NCBI RefSeq assembly: GCF_963921235.1
Contig: NC_086097.1
Location: 1 to 64,000, forward strand
Direction: 5' to 3'
Source of the DNA: Mobula hypostoma
Lineage: Eukaryota
Length of the DNA stretch: 64,000 nucleotides
Made by a program: the position numbers and the translations under genes
In this document: piece after piece, positions 13,693 through 25,693 of the stretch
Layout: each line of letters begins with the position of its first letter
Position numbering within the stretch: the first letter of the stretch is position 1
Notes under the pieces: generated by a model
Databases searched by the model: none
Told to the model about the DNA's origin: nothing
The model's input: only the letters and a program-made list of their open reading frames with translations

Positions 13693-14402
13693 TGCGGCCA
13701 CAATGACCCCACGGTCAATGGAAACCGCATCCCAAGGGGGAGAGGGGAACAGACCCTACACCTCCAGGGACGGGTTCTGGGTCAGCCGAGACCGGACCCG
13801 TATAACACCCGAGCTCCGGAAAAAGACGGCTCAGGCTGGACTCCGTCCGTCGGCGAAGATTAACACGTACTTCAGTCCGGTAATTGTGCTGCGGGACTGT
13901 CCGAGATCAAAATGTCCTGAGACCAATACATGAAGTGGAAGTTCCGGCACCGTCCACGAGAGGGCGGTGGAGCTAGATAGTCCTCCCAGCGCCGACACGT
14001 GCAGTGGGAGTTCCGGCACCGTCCACGGGAGGGCGCTGGAACCAGTTAAACCACTCGACGCCGATGTGCCGCACTACCCCAGCCACAGGAACAGAGAAGA
14101 CGCCAGGTGAGCCCCTTCCCACCCATCAGCCCCTCGGAGAAGACGCAATCCAATATAGGAGCAGGGGAGCCCCAGTTCGCCGACCCCACAGCCTCCCCGA
14201 CCCTAGACGCCGTGGAATCAGCACCCCACCCCACACCAGTGTGGATGGGCACACAGACAAGGGGAGCCACTTGATGATGATGACGTGGGACAAAAGCAAC
14301 GTGGCAGAGTAAAGTGATACTGCATCTCCAGTACGAGACCACAAACACTAGAGGGATATTTTGCCCACTGCCCGCATATTCGCATCCTAACCCTAACCCT
14401 AA
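13693..14402 (+). mobile_element. Telomeric PLE unit 3 (short: ORF1 N-terminus joined at ~14270 to the terminal block)
   Basis: GGGGAGCCAC|TTGATGATGATGACGTGGG junction; telomeric trimer at 14386-14402. Confidence 0.88.
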
Positions 14403-16856
14403 TGCGGCCACAATGGAAACCGCATCCCATGGGGGAGAGGGGAACAGACCCTCCACCTCCAGGAACGGCTTCTGGATCAGCCGAGACCGGACCCGTAAAA
14501 CGCCCGAGCCCCGGAAAAAGACGGCTCAGGCTGCACTCCGTCCGTCGGCGACGAGTAACCCGTACTTGAGTCCGGTAATTGTGCTGCGGGACTGTCTCAG
14601 ATCAAAATGTCCTGAGAACAATACGTGCAGTGCGAGTTCCGTCATCGTCCAGGAGAGGGCGCCGGAGCTAGCTAGTCCTCTCAGCGCCGACACGTGCAGT
14701 GGGAATTCCGATATCGTCCACGGGAGGGCGCTGGAACTAGTTAAACCACTCGATGCCGTTGTGGCCCCACTGCCCCAGCCACAGCAACAGAGAAGACGCC
14801 AGGTGAGCCCCTCGCCACCCATCAGCCCCTCGGAGAAGACGCAATCCAATCTAGGAGCAGGGGAGCCCTAATTCGCCGCCCCCACAGCCTCCACGACCCA
14901 AGTCTCCGTGGAATCAGCACCCCACCCCACACCAGTGTGGATGGGCACACAGACAAGGGGAGCCAGTACACGAGGACCGAGCAAGTCTTCCACCCCAGGG
15001 AACCACAGAGCCCGAGAGTCGGAGGACATGGGACAAACAGGACGACAGGTAACTCCTATTTGCAGTAACCCGGAGGGTCAAATACAGAGGCATCCTCACT
15101 CTAAACAGAAAAATGTAACTTGGAAAGGAAGGCCCCTTAAACCTATACTAATTATAGGGACTCTAACATTTCCAGGATCAACAGATGCCCTAATAATGAT
15201 GTTCAATTGGACAGCTTTTCGGGAGACACATTCACCCATGCCGCTGCTATCCTGACAAAGTTAGAACCACAACTGGAAACTAAGAAGGTTATCCTTTCCT
15301 TGGGAATTAACAATAGGTCACATCAACTTGCAACGGCGACTAAACAGCTTCAGCAACTGTTAAGAATGGCCCATATAAAATTTACCAATGCCAGTATCTG
15401 TGTGCCAGAGCTGAGTTTTAGCCGCTTTTTGACAGAGGAAGAACAAGCAACCCTGGGCCAACCAAACGAGGTTATTAGAACTAAGAATTATATCCCTGCA
15501 ATCCCGGTGAGGCATTTTAAGGTAGACACAGACCACATCCATTCGTCAGAGAACATAGCCCTGACCATAGTCAAGAGGTGGATGCAGTCTTTAAACTAGA
15601 GTGGAGACAAAGCCGAGAGAGGCAGGGTCCACGACTGGGAGAGACCGTCGTGAAACTCTTCCTTACATTCATCCCTACAGAAACCCAGCACAAGGTTCTG
15701 AATAGGGGCTTCACTTCTGTACCGACTACAAAGCTGCATATGGAGCAGATTGAGGGGGACATGGATAAGTTCTATAGGAGATTGGTACTGGTCGACTTTT
15801 TGGGGGAGTCAGAATGTAGCAAGACCACTTTCACCCCTCCCTCAGACTGGATGCCCAAGAGGAGGTACAGGTCAGAAGCGGTCTTACAATTTGAGAGCAC
15901 ACTGGATGAGATAATACAGAAGGAGAGAGAAGTACAGGATAAATCCAATCAAATAGGAAGGAGAGAGCAGCCCTGAAAGAACTGAGAGAAAATATGGATA
16001 TTGTTATCAAGCCAGCAGATAAAGGGAGCAGCATAGTTATCATGGACAAACAGCAATACCTATTTGAGGCACACAGACAATTTAAAAGCACGAAACACTA
16101 CACTAAACTAAGGGAACCCATATACTTGAAAACACACACAGAGATTAGGAACATTTTGCGAGAACTAGACAGGACTAGATATCTGGGGAAGAAGCAAGTG
16201 GAGTACCTGACAGGGATACAGCCACGAGCCAGAAAGTTCTATATCCTCCCCAAAATACACAAGAGCCCAGACTCACGGACCTTTCCGGGAGAAATACAAC
16301 CCGGCAGGCCCATCGTGTCGGTCTGCAGCAGTGAGTCATACAGGATAGCAGAGTACATGGATGCCTTCCTTAACCCACCATGCAGAAACATTCCAGCTCA
16401 GCTAGGCTCCTATTTCAGCCCTCAGCCCTCACCCCTACTGCAGGGGACACCCCCACGCCCGCAATGCCAATTGCCACCCCACACCACCTCCCTTCGCCGT
16501 GAATCCTCAACCCCCATTACCTAACTCTACCCCCGGGCATGTCCCTCCCGACAACACCCCTCAATTACCTACCGCACAACCCCCAGATCACAGCACACAG
16601 TCCCTATAAAAAAGACCCCAAATCCAAAACACTATCCATAGGCAAAAACTCCACTATTCTAACTTAAACTCCAGAATGCAGGTTGAAGAGGAGGAACATC
16701 CCAGTAAAGGAAAGTTGGGGACCGAGATGATGATGACGTGGGCCAAAAGCAAAGTGGCAGGGTAAAGTAATACTGCATCTCCAGTACGAGATCCACAAAC
16801 ACTAGAGGGATATTTTGCCCACTGCCCGCGTACTCGCATCCTAACCCTAACCCTAA
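14403..16856 (+). mobile_element. Telomeric PLE unit 4 (ORF1 14413-15599 disrupted, RT N-terminus, deletion at 16398/16399)
   Basis: SGNH and RT N-terminal motifs; TTTAAAC-TAG at 15590-15599; trimer at 16840-16856. Confidence 0.9.
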
Positions 16857-18168
16857 TGCGGCCACAATGACCCCACGGACAATCGAAACCGCATGCCAAG
16901 CGGGAGAGGGGAACAGACACTCCACCTCCAGGGACGGCTTCTGTGTCAGCCGAGACCGGACCCGTATCACACCCGAGCCCCGGAAAAAGACTGCTCAGGC
17001 TGCGCTCCGTCGGTCGGCGACGAGTAACACGAACTTGTGTCCGGTAATTGTGCTGCGGGACTGTCTCAGAACAAAATGTCCTGAAATAAATTCTATAGGA
17101 GATTGGTGCTGGTCGACTTTTTGGGGGAGTCAGAATGTAGCAAGACCCCTTTCACCCCTCCCTCAGACTGGATGCCTAAGAGGAGGTACAGGTCAGAAGC
17201 GGTCTTACAATTTGAGAGCCACTGGATGAGATAATAGAGAGGGAGACAGAAGTACAGGATAAGCCCAGTCTAACTAGAAAGGAGAGAGCAGTCCTGAAAG
17301 AACTGAGAGAAAATATGGTTATTGTTATCAAACCAACAGATAAAGGGAGCAGCATAGTTATCATGGACAAACAGCAATACCTATTTGAGGCACACGGACA
17401 ATTAAAAAACACGGAACACTACACTAACCTAAGGGAACCCATATACTGGGAAACACACACAGAGATAAGGAACATTTTGCGAGAATTAGAGAGGACTAGA
17501 TACCTCGGGAAGAAGCAAATGGAGTACCTGACTGGGATACAGCCTCGAGCATGGAAGTTCTACATCCTCCCCAAAATACACAACAGCCCAGACTCACGGG
17601 CCGTTCCGGGAGAAATACTACCCGGCAGGCCCATCGTGTCGGACTGCAGCAGTTAGTCATACAGGATAGCAGAGTACATGGATGCCTTCCTTAACCCACT
17701 ATCGCAGAAACACTCCAGCTCAGCTAGGCTCCTACTTCAGCCCTCCCCGCTACTGCAGGGGACACCCCCACCCCCGCAATGCCAATTGCCACCCTACCCC
17801 ACCTCCCTTCGCCGTGAATCCTCAATACCCATTATCAAACTCTACCTCCGGGCATGTCCCTCCGCACAACAACCCTCAATTAGCTACCGCACAACCCCCA
17901 GATCACAGCACACAGTCCCTATAAAAAAGACCCCAAATCCAAAACACTATCCATAAGCAAAAACTCCACTATTGTAACTTAAACTCCAGAATGGAGGTTG
18001 AAGAGGAGGAAGATCCCAGTACAGGAAAGTTGGGGACCGAGATGATGATGCCGTGGGCCAAAAACAACGTGGCAGGGTAAAGTGATACATCTCCAGTACG
18101 AGATCCACAAACACTAGAGGGATATTTTACCCACTGCCCGCATACTCACATCCTAACCCTAACCCTAA
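16857..18168 (+). mobile_element. Telomeric PLE unit 5 (deletions at ~17085 and 17720/17721)
   Basis: ORF1 start joined to the RT N-terminal region; trimer at 18152-18168. Confidence 0.88.
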
Positions 18169-19725
18169 TGCTGCCACAAAGGAAACCGCATACCAAGGGG
18201 GAGAGGGGAACAGACCCTCCACCTCCAGGGACGACTTCTGGGTCAGCCGAGACCGGACCCGTATCACACCCGAGCCCCGGAAAAAGACGGCTCAGGCTGC
18301 ACTCCGTCCGCCGGCGACGAGTAACGTGAATTTGAGTCCGGTAGTTGTGCTGCGGGACTGTCTCCAATCAAAAGGTCCTGAGAACAACACGTGCAGTGGG
18401 AGTTCCGGCACCGTCCACGAGAGGGCGCTGGTGCTAGTTAGTCCTCCCAGCTCCGACACGTGCAGTGTGATTTCCGGCACCGTCCACGGGAGGGCGATGG
18501 AACTAGTTAAACCACTCGACGCCGATGTCGCCCCACTGCCCCAGCAACAGGAATAGAGAAGACGCCAGGTGAGCCCCTCTCCACCCATCAACCACTCGGA
18601 GAAGAGGCAATTCAACCTAGGAGCTGGGGAGCCACAGCCCGCCGCCCCCAACAGCCTCCCCAACCCAAGACTCCGTAGAATCAGCACCCCACCCCACACC
18701 AGTGTGGATGGGCACACAGACAAGGGTAGCCAGTACACGAGGACCGAGCAAGTCTTCCACCCCAGGGAACCACACAGCCCCAGAGTCGGAGGACATGGGG
18801 CAAACAAGACGACAGGATAAACGCAATCTAACTAGGAAGGAGAGAGCAGCCCTGAAAGAACTGAGAGAAAATATGGATATTGTTATCAAGCCAGCAGATA
18901 AAGGGAGCAGCATAGTTATCATGGGCAAACAGCAATACCTATTTGAGGCACACAGAGAATTAATAAACAAGGAACACCACACTAAACTAAGGGAACCCAT
19001 ATACTGGGAAACACACAGAGATTAGGAACATTTTGCGAGAACTAGAGAGGACTAGATACCTCGGGAAGAAACAAGTGGAGTACCTGACAGGGATACATGC
19101 AGGAGCAGGAAAGTTCTAATCCTCCCTAAAATACACAACAGCCCAGACTCACGGAACGTTCCCGGAGAAATACCACCCGGCAGGCGCATCGTGTCGAACT
19201 GCAGCAGTGAGTGATACAGGATAGCAGAGTACGTGGATGCCTTCCTTAACCCACCATCGCAGAAACACTCCAGCTCAGCTGGGCTCCTATTTCAGCCCTC
19301 CCCGCTACTGCAGGGGACACCCCCACCCCCGCAATGTCAATTGCCACCCCACCCCAGCTCCCTTCGCCGTGAATCCTCAACACCCATTACCTAACTCTAC
19401 CCCCGGGCATGTCCCTCCGCATAACACCCCTCAATGAGCTTCCGAACAACCCCCAGACCACAGCACACAGTCCCTATTTAAAAGTCCCCAAATCCAAAAC
19501 ACTATCCATAGGCAAAAACTCCACTATTCTAACTTAAACTCCAGAATGCAGGTTGAAGAGGAGGAAGACCCCAGTAAAGGAAAGTTGGGGACCGAGATGA
19601 TGATGACGTGGGCCAAAAATAACGTGGCATGTAAAGTGATACTGCATCTCCAGTACGAGATCCGCAAACAGTAGAGAGATATTTTTCCCACTGCCCTCAT
19701 ACTCGCATCCTAACCCTAACACTAA
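18169..19725 (+). mobile_element. Telomeric PLE unit 6 (SGNH region deleted at 18815/18816, RT deletion at 19275/19276)
   Basis: Same two junctions as unit 2; trimer at 19709-19725. Confidence 0.9.
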
Positions 19726-21613
19726 TGCGGCCACAATGACCCCACGGTCAATGGAAACCGCATCACAAGGGGAGAGGGGAACAGACCCACCGCCTCCAGG
19801 GACGGCTTCTGGGTCAGCCGAGACCGGACCCGTATCACACCCGAGCTCCGGAAAAAGACGGCTCAGGCTGCACTCCGTCGGTCGGCGAAGAGTAACACGT
19901 ACTTGAGTCCGGTAATTGTGCTGCGGGACTGTCTCAGATCAAAATGTCCTGAGAACAATACGTGCAGTGCGAGTTCCGCCACCGTCCAGGAGAGGGCGCT
20001 GTAGCTAGATAGTCCTCCCAGCGTCGACACGTGCGGTGGGAGTTCCAGCACCGTCCACGAGAGGGCGCAGGAACTAGTTAAACAACTCGACGCCGATGTG
20101 CCTCACTACCCCAGCCACAGGAACAGAGAAGACGCCACGTGAGCCCCTTCCCACTCATCAGCCCCTGTTTGCCAGAGCTGAACTTTAGCCGCTGTTTGAC
20201 AGAGGAAGAACAAGCAACCCTGGGCCAACTAAACGAGGTTATTAGAACTCAGAATTATATCCCTGCAATCCCGGCGAGGCAGTTTAAGGTGGACACAGAC
20301 CACATCCATTGGACAGAGAACACTGCCCTGACCATAGTCAAGAGGTGGATGCAGTCTTTAAACTAGAGTGGAGACAAAGCCGAGAGAGGCAGAGTCCACG
20401 ACTGGGAGAGACCGTCGTGAATCTCTCCCGTACATTCATCCCGACAGAAACTCAGCACAAGGTTCTGAAAAGGGGCTTCACTTCTGTACCGACTGCAAAG
20501 CTCCATAAGGAGCAGATTGAAGGGGACATGGAGAAGTTCTATAGGAGATTGGTACTGGTCGACTTTTTGGGGGAGTCAGAATGTAGCAAGACCCCTTTCA
20601 CCCCTCACTCAGACTGGATGCCCAAGAGCAGGTACAGGTCAGAAGCGGTCTTACAATTTGAGAACACACTGGATGAGATAATAGACAGGGAGAGAGAAGT
20701 ACAGGATAAACCCAATCCAACCAGGAAGGAGAGAACAGCCCTGAAAGAACTGAGAGAAAATATGGAAATTGTTATCAAGCCAGCAGATAAAGGGAGCAGC
20801 ATAGTTACCATGGACAAACAGCAATACCTATTTGAGGCACACAGTCAATTAAAAAACAAGGAATACTATACTAAACTAAGGGAACCCATATACTGGGAAA
20901 CACACACAGAGATTAGGAACATTTTGCGAGAACTAGAGAGGACTAGATACCTCGGGAAGAAGCAAGTGGAGTACCTGACAGGGATACAGCCACGAACAAG
21001 AAAGTTCTATATCCTCCCCAAAATACACAAGAGCCCAGACTCACGTACTGTTCCGGAAGAAATACCAACCGGCATGTCCATCGTGTCGGACTGCAGCAGT
21101 GAGTCATACAGGATAGCAGAGTACATGGATGCCTTCCTTAACCCACCATCGCAGAAACACTCCAGCTCAGCTAGGCTCCTATTTCAGCCCTCCCCCCTAC
21201 TGCAGGGGATGCCTCCACCCCGCAATGCCAATTGCCACCCCACCCCAGCTCCCTTCGCCGAGAATCCTCAAGCCCCATTACCTAACTCTACCCCCGGGCA
21301 TGTCCCTCCCCACAACACCCCTCAACTAGCTACCGAACGCCCAGATCACAGCACACAGTCCCTATTTAAAAGACCCCAAATCCAAAACACTATCCATAGG
21401 CAAAAACTCCACTATTGTAACTTAAACTCCAAAATGCAGGTTGAAGAGGAGGAAGATCCCAGTAAAGGAAAGTTGGGGACCGAGATCATGATGACGTGGG
21501 CCAAAAACAACGTGGCAGGGTAAAGTGATACTGCATCTCCAGTACGAGACCACAAACACTGGAGGGATATTTTGCCCATTGCCCGCATACACGCATCCTA
21601 ACCCTAACCGTAA
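19726..21613 (+). mobile_element. Telomeric PLE unit 7 (deletions at ~20165 and 21167/21168)
   Basis: RT N-terminal ORF 20309-21523; TTTAAAC-TAG at 20357-20366; trimer at 21597-21613. Confidence 0.9.
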
Positions 21614-23995
21614 TGCGGCCACAATGGAAACCGCATCCCAAGGGGGAGGGGGGAACAGATATTCCACCTCCAGGGACGGCTTCTGGGTCAGCCGAGACCG
21701 GACCCGTATCACACCCGAGCCCCTGAAAAAGACGGCTCAGGCTGCAGTCCGTGCGCCGGCGACGAGTAACACGAACTTGAGTCCGGTAATTGTGCTGCGG
21801 CACTGTCTCAGATCAAAAAGTCCTGAGAAGAGGACGTGCAGTGGGAGTTCCGGCACCGTCCACGGGAGGGCGCTGGAACTAGTTAAACCACTCGACGCCG
21901 ATGTGGCCCCACTGCCCCAGCCACAGCAACAGAGAAGACGCCAGGTGAGCCCCTCGCCACCCATCAGCCCCTCGGAGAAGACGCAATCCAATCTAGGAGC
22001 AGGGGAGCCCTAATTCGCCGCCCCCACAGCCTCCACGACCCAAGTCTCCGTGGAATCAGCACCCCACCCCACACCAGTGTGGATGGGCACACAGACAAGG
22101 GGAGCCAGTACACGAGGACCGAGCAAGTCTTCCACCCCAGGGAACCACACAGCCCGAGAGCTGGAGGACATAGGGCAAACAAGACGACAGGTAACCCCTA
22201 TTTGCAGTAACCAGGAGGGTCAAATACCGAGACATCCTCATTCTAAACAGAAAAATGTAACTTGGGAAGTGAGGCCCCTTAAACCTATACTAATTATAGG
22301 GGACTCTAACATTTCCAGGATCAAAAGATGCCCTAATAAGGATGTTCAATTCGACAGTTTTCCGGGAGCCACATTCACCCATGCCGCTGCTATCCTGACA
22401 AAGTTAGAAGCACAACTGGAAACTAAGAAGGTTATCCTTTCCTTTGGAATAAACAATAGGTCACATCAACTAGCAACGGCGACTAAACAGCTTCAGCAAC
22501 TATTAAGAATGGCCCATATAAAATTTCCGAATACCAGTATCTGTGTGCCAGAGCTGAACTTCAGCCGCTGATGACAGAGGAAGAACAAGCAACCCTGGGC
22601 CAACTAAACGAGGTTATTAGAACTAAGAATTATATACCTGCAATCCCGGCGAGGCAGTTTAAGGTGGACACAGACGACCTCCATTGGACAGAGTACACAG
22701 CCCTGACCATAGTCAAGAGGTGGATGCAGTCTTTAAACTAGAGTGGAGACAAAGCCGAGAGAGGCAGGGTCCACGACTGGGAGAGACCGTCGTGAACCGC
22801 TCCCGTACATTCATCCCTACAGAAACTCAGCACAAGGTTCTGAACATGGGCCTCACTTCTGTACCGACTGCAAAGCTCCATGAGGAGCAGATTGAGGGGG
22901 ACATGGAGAAGTTCTATAGGAGATTAGTACTGGTCGACTTTTTGGGGGAGTCAGAATGTAGCAAGACCACTTTCACCCCTCCCTCAGACTGGATGCCCAA
23001 GATGAGGTACAGGTCAGAAGCGGTCTTACAATTTGAGAGCACACTGTATGAGATAATACAGAAGGAGAGAGAAGTACAGGATAAATCCAATCTAACTAGG
23101 AAGGAGAGAGCACCCCTGAAAGAACTGAGAGAAAATACGGATATTGTTATCAAGCCAGCAGATAAAGGGAGCAGCATAGTTATCATGGACAAACAGCAAT
23201 ACCTATTTGTGGCACACAGACAATTTAAAAGCACGGAACACTACACTAAACTAAGGGAACCCATATACTGGGAAACACACACAGAGATTAGGAACATTTT
23301 GCGAGAACTAGACAGGACTAGATATCTCGGGAAGAAGCAAGTGGAGTACCTGACAGGGATACAGCCACGAGCAAGAAAGTTCTATATCCTCCCCAAAATA
23401 CACAAGAGCCCAGACTCACGGACCTTTCCGGGAGAAATACCACCCGGCAGGCCCATCGTGTCGGACTGCAGCAGTGAATCATACAGGATAGCAGAGTACA
23501 TGGATGCCTTCCTTAACCCACCATCGCAGAAACATTCCAGCTCAGCTAGGCTCCTATTTCAGTCCTCAGCCCTCACGCCTACTGCAGTGGACACCCCCAC
23601 GCCCACAATGCCAATTGCCACTCCACGCCAGCTCCCTTCGCCGTGAATCCTCAACCCCCATTACCTAACTCTACCCCCGGGCATGTCCCTCCCCACAACA
23701 CCCCTCAACTAGCTACCGAACCCCCAGATCACAGCACACAGTCCCTATTTAAAAGACCCCAAATCCAAAACACTATCCATAGGCAAAAACTCCACTATTG
23801 TAACTTAAACTCCAGAATGCAGGTTGAAGAGGAGCAAGATCCCAGTAAAGAAAGTTGGGGATCGCGATCATGATGACGTGGGCCAAAAACAACGTGGCAG
23901 GGTAAAGTGTTACTGCATCTCCAGTACGATACCACAAACACTAGAGGGATACTTTGCCCACTGCCCGCATACATGCATCCTAACCCTAACCCTAA
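21614..23995 (+). mobile_element. Telomeric PLE unit 8 (ORF1 21624-22741 disrupted, RT N-terminus, deletion at 23542/23543)
   Basis: IIGDSN/FPGATF/FGINN motifs; RT ORF 22684-23646; trimer at 23979-23995. Confidence 0.9.
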
Positions 23996-24005
23996 TGCGG
24001 CCACA

Positions 24006-25123
24006 ATGGAAACCGCATCCCAAGGGGGAGAGGGGAACAGACACTCCACCTCCAGGGACTGCTTCTGGGTCAGCCGAGACCGGACCCGTATCACACCCGA
24101 GCCCCTGAAAAAGACGGCTCAGGCTACAGTCCGTGCGCCGGCGACGAGTAACACGAACTTGAGTCCGGTAATTGTGCTGCGGGACTGTCTCAGATCAAAA
24201 GGTCCTGAGAAGAGCACGTGCAGTGGGAGTTCCGGCACCGTCCACGGGAGGGCGCTGGAACTAGTTAAACCACTCGACGCCGATGTGGCCCCACTGCCCC
24301 AGCCACAGCAACAGAGAAGACGCCAGGTGAGTCCCTCGCCACCCATCAGCCCCTCGGAGAAGACGCAATCCAACCTAGGAGCAGGGGAGCCACAGCCCGC
24401 CGCCCCCACAGCCTCCCCGACCCAAGACTCCGTGGAATCAGCACTCCACCCCAAACCAGTGTGGATGGGCACACAGACAAGGGGAGCCAGTACACGAAAA
24501 CCGAGCAAGTCTTCCACCCCAGGGAACCACACAGCCCGAGAGCTGGAGGACATGGGACAAACAAGACGACAGGTAACCCCTATTTGCAGTACCAGTAGGG
24601 TCAAATACCGAGGCATCTTCACTCTAAACAGAAAAATGTAACTTGGGAAATAAGGCCCCTTAAACCTATACTAATTATAGGGGACTCTAACATTTCCAGG
24701 ATCTAAATATGCCCTAATAAGGATGTTCAATTGGACAGTTTTCCGGGAGCCACATTCACTCATGCCGCTGCTATCCTGACAAGGTTAGAACCACAACTGG
24801 AAAATAAGAAGGTTATCCTTTCCTTTGGAATAAACAATAGGTCACATCAACTAGCAACGACGACTAAACAGCTTCAGCAACTGTTAAGAATGGCCCATAT
24901 AAAATTTACCAATGCCAGTATCTGTGTGCCAGAGCTGAACTATAGCCGCTGTTTGACAGAGGAAGGACAAGCAACCCTGGGTCAACTGAACGAGATTATT
25001 AGAACTAAGAATTATATCCCTGCAATCCCGGCGAGGCAGTTTAAGGTGGACACAGACCACATCCATTGGACAGAGAACACAGCCCTGACCATAGTCAAGA
25101 GGTGGATGCAGTCTTTAAACTAG
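24006..25123 (+). pseudogene. ORF1 of unit 9: Pro/Ser-rich region + SGNH hydrolase, with a frameshift near 24590 and a premature stop
   Basis: GCCACAATG start; ORF pieces 23907-24641 and 24731-25123; FPGATF, FGINNR, DTDHIHW. Confidence 0.78.
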
Positions 25124-25186
25124 AATGGAGACAAAGCCGAGAGAGGCAGGGTCCACGACTGGGAGAGACCGTCGTGAACCTCTCCC
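25114..25186 (+). promoter_or_regulatory. Candidate -1 programmed ribosomal frameshift signal (T TTA AAC) with downstream RNA structure
   Basis: Heptamer is in the ORF1 frame directly before TAG; the -1 frame (FKLEWRQ...) is the RT frame; CACGAC/GTCGTG and GGGAGAG/CTCTCCC pairings lie downstream. Confidence 0.65.
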
Positions 25187-25693
25187 GTACATTCATACGT
25201 ACAGAAACGCAGCACAAGGTTCTGAACAGGGGCCTCACTTCTGTACCAACTGCAAAGCTCCATAAGGAGCAGATTGAGGGGGACATGGAGAAATTCTATA
25301 GGAGATTGGTACTGGTCGACTTTTTGGGGGAGTCAGAATGTAGCAAGACCCCTTTCACCCCTCCCTCCGACTGGATGCCCAAGAGGAGGTACAGGTCAGA
25401 AGCGGTCTTGTAGCGGTGTGCTACACACAGCACTGGAATAAGCACACGGAGTCGGTGAGTTGGAGTTGCGATGAAAGAGGTTTATTCAAACTTCGCGGCC
25501 TGCTTTAAAGCCTTCCCGTTCCCGCCCTCCCTGGGCGGGACTACTGTGGGGAATGCATATTTCCAGACCCTTTCCGCGCGCTGGATTTTCCCCCTGCTGG
25601 TGAAGATGGCCTGGCGCCCTTTTTGTGGCCGGCCCTCTGCCTGCGCGCTTTGTTGTGAGCCGGTTCGTGTGTGCTAGAAAGTGGGTCGCCACA

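Noticed and set aside
20309..21523. 404-aa ORF as a novel protein
   Set aside because: RT N-terminus reading through the deletion junction into the 3' UTR; the frame is not preserved in the other units
8786..23995. CRISPR-like or prokaryotic repeat-spacer system
   Set aside because: The inter-repeat sequences are homologous kb-scale retroelement units in a eukaryotic context; no cas genes
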